Below are positions 13,133 through 25,700 of a stretch of DNA of 64,000 bases, piece after piece. The stretch covers positions 682,001 to 746,000 of the forward strand of contig NW_026250420.1 in NCBI RefSeq assembly GCF_024521635.1, in the 5' to 3' direction. The first letter of the stretch is position 1. Each line of letters starts with the position of its first letter. The notes beneath the pieces were generated by a model. That model did no database searches. It was given only the letters and a program-made list of their open reading frames with translations, and had not been told where the DNA came from. The DNA is from Tricharina praecox. Its lineage: Eukaryota. The position numbers and the translations under genes were made by a program.

Positions 13133-14244
13133 ATGGAAGGAGGAACTACCACTCCACCAACATCCACCATGGATGAGGAGCCCACCATAGAATGGTTCGG
13201 TCCGTCTCCCCTCGCCCCCTCCCCTCATTTACCCTCCCCCTCAGTCCTAACAAACCCCCCATAGGCGCAACAACCTTCCGCCTCAACACCCCCTCTTTAA
13301 CAATCTTCCTGGACACCTGGCTCGACCGGCCCTCCTCTTTGCCCCAGTACCTCCCTATCTCATCTATAACCAAATGCGACTACATCCTAATCTCGCACGC
13401 GCACTTCGACCACCTTCCGGGCGCCGACCGGATCGCCCTGTCCACCGGCGCGACCATCATCGGCAACGGCGAGGCTATATCGGTAATGCGCGCCGCCGGC
13501 GTGCCGGAGTCGCAGCTGCTGGCCGTTTCCGGCGGCGAGACTATTCCCCTGGGTGCGGGCGATGTCGTCGTCAAGTCATGGCCGAGCACGCACTGCATCA
13601 TGCCGCCGGGCGACCACCGCGAGCTGCCCGAGGAGCTAGATACGGGGACGGTGTACCTGGGAAGGGAGGGGGGGACGCTGGACGTGACGCGGGGCATGGC
13701 CGCGGGGTTCGGCGGCATGATCGCTGCGCCCGATGAGCGGTTTAAGGGCGCGCCGGAGGGGGTGAGGAGTTTTAGGGAGTGGATTAAGGATCGGGAGAGG
13801 AATAGGTACTCGTTCTTTGACGGTGGGCAGATTATGTACTCGCTCGAGTTTATGGGCAGGAGGGGTGGGAGTGGGGGTGGGGGAGGGCGGGGCAACAGAA
13901 GTCTGCTGTGGAGCGCGCACATGGGCGGCTATGAAGGTGTGCTCCGGGGGCTTCCCAGGAGGCCGGACGTGGCGATCCTTGCGGCCGCGGGCAGGGCGGT
14001 GCTGGATGGTGAGCCGTGGCAGGGAAGTGCCGCGGAGTTTCTCGCCGCGCAGTGTAGGTGGCTTAAGGAGCCCGAGCGCGTCTTCTGGTGTTTACATGAT
14101 GAGCAGCCGTTGAAGCCGTATAGGATCAGGACGGAGGCGGCGACGAAGATGGTGGAGGAGAGGACTAGGAGTAAAGTCTGGACGCTGACGCCGGCGGTTA
14201 GGTATCGGCTTTTTGTGGATGAGGTGGTAGTGGGCTTGGAGTAG
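13133..14244 (+). CDS. Metallo-beta-lactamase-fold hydrolase (UlaG/Lactamase_B-like), 2 exons; intron 13200-13264
   Basis: Spliced N-terminus IEWFGATTFRL..IFLDTWL, metal motif ILISHAHFDH (HxHxDH), STH, and C-terminal CLHD. Intron GTCCGT..CTAAC..TAG. Confidence 0.88.
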
Positions 14245-14371
14245 AGAGGGCACGATGTATGAACTTTTGGCTGGAGTGCGATGTACGAACTTTTGAGTGT
14301 GAATGGGACTACAGTGCAATGTGACGGGGTGAGATGTCGTGACTCATGATACACTGAATCTGTAGTTAGCG

Positions 14372-14732
14372 CAGGTGGTTTGGGTACTTGAAAACACCAT
14401 TCACTTTCACTTGCTCTGTGCCTAGTACTTTGCATAACCTCATTAAGCGCATCTGCTTCCACGATGAATCTTAGAATGCAGCAGTGCTTAATGCTCATGA
14501 GCCTTCGGACACTCAACTTCCTCCATTTCCTCCAAGGCAGCGAGATTTCTACGGTCTCTACGGGGGATATGGTGGAGGAGTTGTCCGTAGTTCTCCCCGG
14601 TTGTGTGCTTATATACCTATCTACATACTTACCCAGTAATCTATAGTAATCAATGCAGGCACCGGTACCGGTATCGAAGGTGGCTTTGAATCTTCGTCGG
14701 AGAGTCGGAGGCGAGGAGCTCGATGGATGGTA
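14372..14732 (+). repeat. Left copy of a diverged inverted duplication: block A 14372-14523, block B 14535-14732
   Basis: Reverse complements align by eye with 30898-31077 (A) and 31091-31291 (B). Shared strings include GTCCGAAGGCTCATGAGC and GGTACCGGTGCCTGCATTGATTACTATA. Confidence 0.9.
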
Positions 14733-14964
14733 GTACCTATGTGTGACCGCAGCGGGGGCGGAGTTACGGGGAGGAGTTACGGATGTTGCGGTTCATAGCA
14801 TAGCATACCGGTACAATACAATACAATGGCGCCCCTTCTTCTGGAGTCTGGACAGTGGAGATATCCGTGATTGGTGATTTGGCCTCCGAGCCGAATGTTG
14901 CTCATCGTCCGTCGCCATCCAGCCGGACCGCGATATACTGCCTCATTCCGCTGTGCTGAGTTAG

Positions 14965-15168
14965 TGAACGTCCCATTCACTCTCACATTCACTCACTCAC
15001 CAATGGTCTGCAACGTCCCATTCACACTCTCACCGCCTCACGTTCACTCACTCAGCACGACTGTCTGCAATGTCCCATTCACTCTTACGTCCACATTCAC
15101 TCTCACGTCCACATTCACTCTCATGTTCGCTCACTCAGCACGAGTAGCTGCAACGTCCCATTCACTGC
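14965..15168. repeat. Degenerate minisatellite with core AACGTCCCATTCAC and CACTCACTCA subunits
   Basis: Four spaced cores (one with a C>T change) plus internal CGTCCACATTCACTCTCA duplications. Confidence 0.8.
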
Positions 15169-16164
15169 CTTTACGAAACACCCATGGTATTCCACCATAC
15201 CCACCATACCGGAGTACCAGGATTTCAAGTACCTAGAGTAGTGTCTATCCCCAAAGCCCATCCGCCGCGAGTCCGCGACCCCGCCTCAGCCCTGCGCAGC
15301 CCTGTGCGGTGCGGCAAACCGCGCCTGCCTCAGCCCGCCTGCCTACCTACCTGCGCCTAACCTCCCCCGTCCGCCGCCCTGTCGCAACCAGGGATCGGAT
15401 CACATGCGATCCATTCCCCATCCCCTTATTCCCCAGTTCCCCTTCCCTTCCCCCATTCCTCGCTCCCCCATTCTCCTCGTTCCCCCATTCCCCGTCATTC
15501 CCCCACCCCACCCCGTACCCTCACACCCTTAAAAAGGGGAGCACCCGGCCAGTTCGGCAGACGTTCGCGGCCCGGATGTATACCGTATACCAGTCACTCT
15601 ACGTACCTCCTTGCTCGGCATGGGTGGATCCCCCTCTCGCCCTCTCCGCTGACGGCGAGATCAAGGGGCGGTCTCGTCTCGGATGCCCCTCTACTCTACT
15701 CTGCTCTACTCTACTCTACCTCTGGACAGTGGACAGTGGAGCTCGCTCGCTCGCTTCACGCCACATGCACTGCACTGCACTGCGCCGGCAAAATATCGTA
15801 GTATGTATGATACCTAGAGTGGCCGGCACCTTTGCGGCACCCCTACGGCACCGGTGTCGAAGGTATGGGGGCGGGCGTACCACTCGACGTTTTTAGTGTC
15901 TACAAAAGCTGGTGATAACGGGGGTGGGTGGAGTTAACCACCTACATACACATCTCTGTCTTATAAATCGCGCAGTTGCGACGCGTATGATGGATGGTCC
16001 CTTTTCTTTCTTTTAGGCCCCCACTCTTCACTCCTCACCGTCATGAGGTAGGTACCTCATAGTTACATACCTACTTCATAGCAAGACGAAGCGTGAGAAT
16101 ATTCATTAACTTTATTATGATATTGTCGGCCCATTCCATCGTATCGTCCTTTTGGGTATACATA

Positions 16165-16190
16165 GGGGGGGGGGGGGGGGGGGGGGGGGG
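16165..16190. repeat. Poly-G tract (26 nt) downstream of the MFS gene
   Basis: Read directly from the sequence. Confidence 0.9.
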
Positions 16191-16515
16191 AATACAGATA
16201 TAGCCGTGACGGGGAGAGGGAGGGAGGGAAGAGGTGGATTTGAGGTATCATCGCTGGACGGAACGGGACCGGACCGGACGAGACCGGACGAGATGGGGGA
16301 CGGGGATATCTTGCGGCGAGCGCACGCGCAAAGAGAACAAGGAAAAAAAAGAAAGAAAAAAAGGAAAGACCCAACCCTTGAACCAAACCGACCCAGATAG
16401 ATGAAAACAACCCAACCAAAAAAAAAAAAAAAAAAGCTTTCGTAAAATCTTAATATGTACCGAAAGGGATATCGAAGATTCTCGGAGATAAAACGTAAAC
16501 GGTAGGAAATTTTGA

Positions 16516-18564
16516 CTACACCCGACTCGCGCCACCAAGCGACGTGTCAGGCCCCGACGAGAACCCGCGCCGCTTCGCCATCTCGATGCTATGTATCGAG
16601 TCTGCTGTCGCCGGCTTCTCTGGCTCCTCCCACAGCTGGTCCATTGCTTCGAGCGACATGCCTTTGGGCTCTTTGACGGCGTACCAGACGGTTGGGAGGG
16701 TTACGATCAGCACTACAAGCGGTTAGCAGTGCGAGTGACGGCAGGAGACGGGATGCTCACTGAAGACTGCGTAGACGATGTAGTATTTCCACGTGATCGC
16801 CTCCATTGCTTGCGGAGAGATCTGCGAGACGAGGACGTTCATGGTCCAGTTTCCGACGGCGACGGCGAGGGCGCCTCCTTTGCCCCTGATGCGCAGCGGC
16901 TTCGCGGGGTTAGCTTCGAAGGCCGGAGATAGAGGGAGAAAAAACGTACAATGACTTCACTCATATATGTCCAGCCAACCGGACCCCACGACATACAAAA
17001 GACAATGTTGAATACAAACATGATGCCGATTCCAGCCGAGGACGCCGACTTGTTGGTCCCATCGGGGTTGTGCGAGCTCAGCACCGCAAAGATGATGAAC
17101 AGCATCGCCAAGAACGGCGTTGCGTAGAGCATCGGTTTCTTTCGTCCGACACTGTCGACGACGAAGAGCATAAAGACGATGATCGCAATCGGAGCTACCG
17201 TATGGTACAGCGCCGTAAACCTGAGCGCGCCCCGATCCGACAGCCCCAGTCCCGTGAACATCTGGTTCTGGTAATACGTGATGATGTCTATTCCACACCG
17301 TCAGCACCCCGCCCATCCCGCAACCCGCAACCGCCACCGGGTGACCCACTGATTCCAGTCAACTGCGTAAACACTGATGGCAGGATAGCATTGAGCACCC
17401 TGGCCCTCCACTTGGGCACCTTCCACATGACGACCCAGTCGCTCATCGCCGGCATGATCTGGCACTCCCGTTTCCACTGCAGCGACATCTCCTGGATACT
17501 CCGCTGGATAACCTCGCGATTCGTGCCGTCGTGGTACAGCTTCATCATGGATTTGTAAGCCTGTTCCGTCATTCCCTGGCGAACCAGAAATCGCGGCGAC
17601 TCGGGGAGCCATTGGAGGGCGAATGCGATGAAGACGGCGGGAATCGCGGCGATCGCGATCGGGAACCGCCACGTGAAGGCGTTGTTTTCGGCGTTGGGGA
17701 CGTTGTGCGCGGCATATCCGACCCTGATATCGGAGGTCAGCATTCCGGTAGCGGTGGCGGGGGGAGGAGCGCAGAGCGAGGGCAATCGGACCATGACGAT
17801 GCGACGAAGCCCATCAAGATCATGAGCTGACAGAAACCCGTCAAGAAGCCTCGCGAAGTATCTGTCACCCCCGAGTGTCAGCCATACAATCTCTGGGGCA
17901 GTGAGAGAAAGAGTCCGTACGATAAGCGCACTCGGACAGATATATGGGCACTCCCACCGACATCATTCCGATAGCAAATCCGGACACGATGCGTCCGATC
18001 AGCATCATGGTGAGGTTCGTGGCCGACGCCTGCAACATGACTCCCAGGATCGATATCACAGCGCCAGTCTGTATTGTACTGTTGGGGGATCACACCGAAG
18101 TCAGCCGTGGTGGACCATAGACTGTCCCAGGCTGAGAGCCTGGCCGATCAGAGTTGAAGGACAACGCGCGCATACAATCTCCGTCCATAGGTATCCAGCA
18201 GAAACCCGCTCCCCGCAGACCCAACCACAGCGCCACCCGAGAATACCGACACCACGGCGCCCAAGATGGGCGAAGCTGATTCGGTCCCGAAGAAGTTGTT
18301 GAAATGTGGATTCGCGATGATGTGGGATATCACGCCGGAATTGTAACCGTGAAGACATGTCCTGCAGAGCTAGCTGTTAGCAAGATGTCGTCTTTTTTTT
18401 TTTTTTTTTGTTTTCATTTTTCCTCCATTTTTCTTTTCTTTTCGTCTTTCTTCCTTTCGTCCCTTCCCTCATCGCCTTCGTGATGGAGCCCAGCACAAAG
18501 GAAACCAAAAAACATACCCGAGGCCTGCAGATACCGCAAGGGAAAGCACCAGTAATTGACCCAT
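16516..18564 (-). CDS. MFS sugar porter family transporter, 8 exons; introns 18362-18517, 18079-18175, 17862-17920, 17724-17791, 17288-17349, 16900-16949, 16714-16760
   Basis: Spliced protein has GTCLHGYNSGVIS, DTYGRR, GRIVSGFAIG, PIYLSEC, LPESPRFL, QLTGINIITYY, VDSVGRK, SWGPVGWTYMSEVIPLRIRGKG and EPKGMSLEAMDQLW. Confidence 0.93.
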
Positions 18565-21500
18565 CTCGAATGTACTTGTGTGATTGTACGTAGGTAGTAC
18601 GTATGCGTTCGATCCGGAGAGTATTCCTGTCGGAGGTGTGGTTGACCTTAGAGGAGGAAGAGATCCGTCGGGGGGAGTCGCAGTGTATGGTATGGTATGG
18701 AATCGGATCCTCCGGGGGTGGTGGGGGAGGGGGGGAGGTTGCAGGTGGAAGAGGTGGGAGAGCTTAGGTGTGTATGTAGAGTACTGTACGGAAGCCTACA
18801 CTTGTTCTATGTACGGTATGTATGGAAAGACGCACACGCTTTCGTCCGCTTTTTTCTGGCGGATGGCGCACGAACGATAGATACCTGGTATGTATGGAGC
18901 GAGGGGATTGTGGGGGTTTTAGACTCTGGAGCAGCAGCAGAGCACGAGCACACCACCCCTGAGACTTGGTGTCAAATAATGCGGGCTGAAGGGAGTGTGA
19001 AGGGCTGGCTGGGTATGCATGTGTATGTGAGTATTCGTGCGCGAGAGGTGTGTGTAGAGAAAGCACTCTACTGAAGAGTGGAGGGAGTGGAGTGGAGAGC
19101 AGTGGAGAGTGGTGGAGAGTGAAGAGCAACTTGTATGAAGTACGAGTACTTTCCTGGTGCTCGGCGGTCGGTCTGCGGACTGTCTCCAGGTGGTGCAGAG
19201 CGAGTACTGTACGAATAGTGCAGTGCTAGTTACTCTAGATACTCTATGTACTCTAGTACAGACCCTACTCACCTCTACCTTGTGAGGGTCTCCAGGGCAA
19301 AAGAAAGAAAGAAAGAAACGAGAAAAATGCCTGCATGCCGCCTAACTGGAGTAGAGTGGCAGCCTAGCTCGAAGCAGCTGGGCCATTGTCGTGATCATCT
19401 GAGACGATTCACGCCCAGTTGCCCAGCACCAGCACCACCACCGCCTCCAGGAAACTCCGTATCCGATCCGCTTGTGTGGGTGGGTGGGTGGGTGGGTGGG
19501 CTGGGCTGGATTGGGCTCGAGGCAATTGGTTCGCGCCGCAAAGGAATGTGGGGTCGGAGTATTGGCTTTTGGCTTTTGGCTTTTGGCTGGGCTGGGCTTG
19601 GGAACGAACGAACAGGCACTGGGCAGGATTATTTCCGATACCGGTATTCCAATGGCATCCATCTCATGATTCTCATCCATCCCATCCCATTCATCCCATC
19701 CCTTGATTCCGAGAGGTGTGAGGGCACACATATCACAAAGACCACCACCACCACCACCACCACCACCGTCACCGTCACGGCCACCGCCGCCGCCATCACG
19801 CCACATGCCACAAGCTCACCCGCCGCCGCCGCTGCGTAGACTGGATTTCGTGGAATCGGGGAATCGGGGAATCGGGGAATCGTGGAATCGTGGAACCGGA
19901 CAAAGAAAGAACCACAACCATGGAACATCACATCACATTCCTGCGCGATGGGATGGGCGATGGCAGCTGCAATACCAGTCCACCTCTATGCTCCCTTCGG
20001 CCTTCGAGGTGTGTCTCGTCTTGTCCTACGTCTCGCCTACGTGGAAGCGTAGTGGTGGTGGTGGTACTCCATGGTGCCCGAGTACATTCAGATCCTGCAA
20101 CTGCAAAAGTCCGGTACCCCCAGCGAGGTCGATCTGGACTGCACGGCGAAAGTCTGACCGCCCGTCCCAGCGGCCGAATGGGGCTCACGGAGTGGAGGGG
20201 ATACCGGTACGAAGAGTTCAAGGGACTCTCTTGGAGTTGGTCGGCTGCCTCTGACTATTAGATTAGTTAAGGGGACCGTATATAGAGTGAATGCTATATT
20301 AGTAGGATCGATCTCGAGAGTCGAGGCGCGGGTCACGACTCCGAATAGATAGTAGAGGTGAGCCCTGAATGCCCAGGCCGCCGCTCGAAGGCCTCCAATT
20401 CAATTCATCTCACCGCCTGTTTCCGCTGCCGCCAACTAGCGGTTGACTATGAAGTGGTTATGTAAAACGATCTGAAGTCGAAGCTACCGTACGACTCTCA
20501 ACGGGAGTTGTTTACCTGCCTCCCTACACGAGAAGGGGCTTCTCTTTTCTTCCTGGAAAGAATCGATAGGTAGCGTCCTAGTAGGCGATTGACCCGCCAT
20601 CGAGTTACATACATATGGGCAGTGGGCGTTCCCTACCAGCCAAGCCAGGCCGAGAATGGAGATTCATCTACAGATGGAAGGGAAATCATACCAGGTAGGT
20701 ACCGGTAACTATGAAGATTAGAGTAGAGTAAACTTATGGTACGAATGATCGGAGATTTCTAGGGCCCAAGCACCGCGCACTCTGGAGAGTTTTTTTTTCG
20801 TTTCGGATCCGCGCAGTCGGCCAAGGGGAAGCGAAGAAGAAGGAAACGGTCCTGATCCGGGGCTTTCCTTTCCGTCGATCTCGACTTTCGAGTGGATTGG
20901 TCGAATGGATTGAGCTCGGGAACTTCAGCTTCAACGTCTCGCATGCTGACAGTGACCTGACCGGCCAGTGGGTCTTGATGTTCATGTCCGTGCCCGGTGA
21001 GCATCCACATCGATATCCACATCGACATGCCTTCACCACTGGGGGCTTTGGTTCAGTTTCGACTCGACTCTGCTCTGCTTGGATCAGTGGCATCAGGTAC
21101 TATGGAGTAGAATGGAACCCCCTAGTTGTGTAGAGTACGGTACTCGAGTGTAACATGCTCAAGTAGGTATCGGGTGGAGGGGATGCAAACAATGGCTCGG
21201 CGTCTTGTCCGATGTCGACTCTCGACTCTCAACTCTCACCTCTCAACTCTCGAAACGGATTGAGCCAAGCCGCGTTGAGCCAAGCAAAAGCAAAAGCAAA
21301 AGCAAAGCAACAGTGCGTGCCAAGCAAGTATCCCAGTTACCCACGCAGTTATCACATCACAGCACGGCGTTCGCATCTCGCCTTATGCACCGGTTCCGCG
21401 TCAGGCAATATCAACATATCATATGCAGAAGCAGAAGCAACGACTCCCCGTTCTGGAAGCTGGGAACACGGCTCACGATGTCGTCGTCGTCGGTGGCACC

Positions 21501-22736
21501 TGACAGGTGGATATGTGTGTGCTCTATGCATGTAGCTCACGAATCACGATTCCGCAGCCCCTCTTTCTCGCTGAAGGATCTGGAAGTGGGCTGGGAGGAT
21601 CCATTGCCACCACCACCACCACCACCACCACCACCACCACCACCTCCTCCTCCTCAGAGTCTCGGACCCAACAAGCAAGCAAGGGAGGGAGGGACGGAGG
21701 GGGGAACTGCCCGCCCCCCCTCCCGCGCAGCCTACATACAGACATGCAAGACACATCGCAACGTGGACCCCTTGAATCCTCTCTCGCTCGCTTCTCCTTC
21801 CACGAGGAACGAGGAATAATGGCTGCGGTAGCACGTTACGGTAGCAGCCGACAACGTGGGTGAAGTGTCGTAAAGTGTTGTAGAGTGTCGTAAAGTGCAC
21901 CTCGATGCGGGCACTGATGCGTGCTGATGCGAACGACAATGCATGTCCATATTATCATCCATACCTATGACATACATCTTCACACATACACACATGCAAA
22001 CCGAATCCTGTCCGTCCAACCCGTTGACCGCTTCCCTCCCAGCCTTCCCTTCTTCCTTCCCCGGTCCCGGCACATCACTCACCCACTCATCTACTGCTTC
22101 CCCGCTTTCCCACATTCCTCCGCAATCCCCACAGGACTTGGCCGGGACTGGGCCGGGACTGGGCTGGAATCGATTGACTCTCCTGGTTAGGCCCGTACAC
22201 GCTCGCTTGCGTGGTCTCGCTCGCTCGCTCGCTGGGGGAGGGGAAGAAGGAGTTACCGCCAGCATATGATATGATACCACGTCGGATATGGCCGGGGTTC
22301 GTTGGTTATTAGAGTAGGAAGAGTACTCTTTTGGGGTTGGCTGCGCCAGCATACCACGCGTACGCTACCGTATGAGGGCAAAGCAGCACTTGCTTGACTA
22401 TTTAGCGTATCGTGGCGTTATCTCTCCAATTTAACCTCGAAAACTAGAGTAGAAGCCTTCGTCTACTGGAATTTCACATGGAGATGGAGAAGCGAAGGAC
22501 GTTCGTACATACCGAACGCCCGGAGACGGCTGTGGGCTGCTACATACGGACCACTGCGGGAATAGGTACTCGACACCGGGTGTGTACTGGATAGTAGGCA
22601 GGTATAGAGTAATACTGGAAGCGAGCGGTGGAGTCGAGCCTTCCATGTTCGAACGTCTTGATGACCCACGATCCACGGAATCGAGACCATACGTACCTAG
22701 AGTAATGCCCCCGTATGATCTGTATGTACCTGATGT

Positions 22737-22799
22737 ATGTAGTTACATCTCACGCGGCCACGGAATATGTAGTTACATCTCACGCGGCCACGGAATATG
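22737..22799. repeat. 30-bp perfect tandem duplication
   Basis: ATGTAGTTACATCTCACGCGGCCACGGAAT x2. Confidence 0.9.
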
Positions 22800-25700
22800 A
22801 ATCTCATCTTTAGAGTTCCTGCGAAATATCTCACTCGGCCGGCCGACTAAGCTCGTACATATGATGTGCCAACGGTACGGGCGACGGATTGACCTTCCAC
22901 CCCCCACAGCCAACGGTCCAACGCAGGAATCTTCGTGTAGCCTGGTGGGCTGGGTAGTCTGGGGCTGGGTGCCTGTGGCCTGGAGCCTAGGAGGCAGTAA
23001 GGCCTGTAGACTCCTATAATCCGCTTCAACATATATCCGTCCGTATGTAGGCATCTAGATAACTGGTACCTGTTGGAAATTTGCAACGCCGTCGCCCCAA
23101 GGAATACTCGGAGTCAAGGAGAACAAAGCCGCTACGGATCAGCAGCAAGCAGGAGGAAGGGGAGGGGGGGAGGCGGTGCATGTGAGCCGAGCTTGTACTC
23201 TCCCCCCTCTTCCTCCTCGTCTTCGCCGGGATGGTTGGTCCCCAGGATGGTTGTCCCCCTGGATGGTTGTCGCGGTTATTTGCTACTGCTACTGCTATGT
23301 ACTGCTAGTATGTTGATAGGTAGCAGTGTGCACTGGATGCACAAGGTAGAGTACTCAGGGTAGGGTAGAGTATAGGGCAAGACCCGTCTAAGTATCTCCA
23401 TTATTGAAGCCGTACTGATCCCCACTGATCCCCACGATTTACGAATTGGCCGGACGGAAACGCAGACACGCATGACCCAAACCCGGACCACCATTCAACA
23501 CCGTAAAGCTCGAAGCTCGAAGCCCAAAGCTCGCAGCTCGAACTTCCACCTCCACGCATCGGGCATCGGGATTCGAGGTGCGCCGGTGCGGTGGTGAGCA
23601 AGCACGTTTAATGAAGTGGCTTGAAGAAGGTGTCTGGAGAAGCATTCTGGAGATCTAGAAGTCGGCATTTATCGTTTCCGCGTACTACCTACCGACAGTA
23701 GATAGAGTATGTATTGTACATACATACAGTCGACAGAATGATCCGCATATGGGTTCGCACCCACGTTTCTCTCCACGTTGTCCACGTTCTCAACGTTCTC
23801 GAAGTTGGGTTGGATGGGTTGGAAGCGTTGGATGCCACCACCACCGTATGCTCGGTAGCGACGCGTGGGCAGTAGAGTAAGTTGAGTGCTTTTCTTTCGC
23901 CCCCATCATTCATGCTTCGAGTCCGTTCGCTGGTTCATTCGCTCTCGTGGGTCCTGCAGTCTGCAGAATCAGTGCAGATGTCCAGTGCCCGCTATGTACC
24001 GTACCGTTTACCGCGGCCTTCGAGAAAAAACAGAAAAAAAGCAAAGTGAGCAGGCACTGGCAGGCTTTAGCTTTTGCGCAAAGAAAAGCAAGAAAGAAAG
24101 ACAAGAAAGCGCAAAAGCAATTCTCCAACGAACCGGTGGTGGCTATTGGCTCTCTTGCTCCAACTGAAGACACACACACATACGCAATCCGAATCCCGCC
24201 CGCCCTCGAACCCCCAAATTCACCCCTTCTTGAACGCTGCAGAACAGAACAACTTTGTTCCTACCATATGCATACTCTAAAATCTGACATCATACGGCAC
24301 CTCCCGTGTCCCATGTGGTTCATGGTTCAGGTTCTTCGTATTCGTTCGAGGGGGGGAGGGGGATGCACGACGTTGAACTTGAAGTGAGATGTGATCTGAT
24401 GGCCGTGTGTCGAGACATCTTTCGCCAGCCAGCCAGCCAGCCAGACCAGACAGACAGAGAGACAGACAGGGTCCAGGACAGCCACACAGCCACAGAGATA
24501 GCCAGGACAGGTTCCCGAGACAACGACAGCCAGGGCAGGCAGGAACCAGGGCAGGAACCAGCCGTCTCGCGCTTCTCGGAGTCTCGGAGTCTCAGGGCCT
24601 CGGACTGGCAGAGGATGGGCAGGGACGTCGTCTAACTAGGGTGCACGCGAGCTTCAGCTTCAGCTCCAGCTTCCAGCTTCCAGAAGCCAAAAGCCCAAAG
24701 CCTCCGGCTCTCCACGTAACTGGCCTACGTACTCTAAATGCCCCCCACTCACCGTACGCGAGCCCCCGGCTCACGATGTACGGTACAGTAGGTATGATAG
24801 GTAGATGTAGCTGTAATGTAGATAGATATAGAAGTACCTCCTGCGTCGCGCATCCGCACGGTTCTCTCCACTCTCTCCCACTCGCTCCTCCACCACCAGC
24901 TCCTCGTCCATCGTTACTACTCGCTCAGCCTCCACCACCTCCTGTGTAACTACCTCCTCCCAAATCGCTCCCACTCGCTCCCACCCGGCCTCCAACCGCC
25001 TAAGATCGGGGGACCAAGCGAGTGCAGACGCTGAAACGTCCTTGGAGTACTCCTATGTATGATACGTCCTACGTACCTCCTTACGTACCGAATGTAGAGT
25101 ATGTAGAGTGAATACGGGGGGGTTTTTCCGCGAGCGACACGCGAGCGACACAGCGCTATCAAAGACAGCAGCAGCAGCGTGTCTCAATGGTTCAATGTCT
25201 CGACTCTCAATGTCTCATCCTCAACCGATGCGGTGATCCAATGATCCAACCATCCAACTATCCAACGATTGGCCCTGGTTGCTTCGCCAGGTACTCTGCC
25301 TACAACCTCAGCTTGAGCCACAGCCTTGACCTAGTGAGAGCCAAAGCCCGGTTCCTCGAAGTTCGAACACCGGCAACGCCGAGGTGACACGGGCTCCACT
25401 GTTCTACCGTTCTACAGCCCGAGAGAATCGGCAACGCAGGGGAGAAAAGGGCTGAGGCTGAGAACGTGGGCATGCGGAAGATGGTGAGGTCCCGCCTGGG
25501 GGGCGGGTATGGGCATAGCACGAGGTTCTGCGTAGAGCACATACGGTACGGTAGAGGATGTTAGGTATGTATGTTCATTTTATACGGGTAGGTATATACC
25601 GGACATACCGTATATACCGAAGCTCGGTGATGATTACATACTATTACTATTACTATACCGGTAATACTACGGCATACACAGGTCACAACAGCTGCACTTG

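Noticed and set aside
14624..14636. ATACTTACC resembling the U1 snRNA 5' end
   Set aside because: No downstream U1 stem-loops or Sm site; it lies within duplicated block B.
22541..22590. ACATACGGACCA resembling a 5S rRNA 5' end
   Set aside because: Similarity does not continue; no internal conserved 5S segments.
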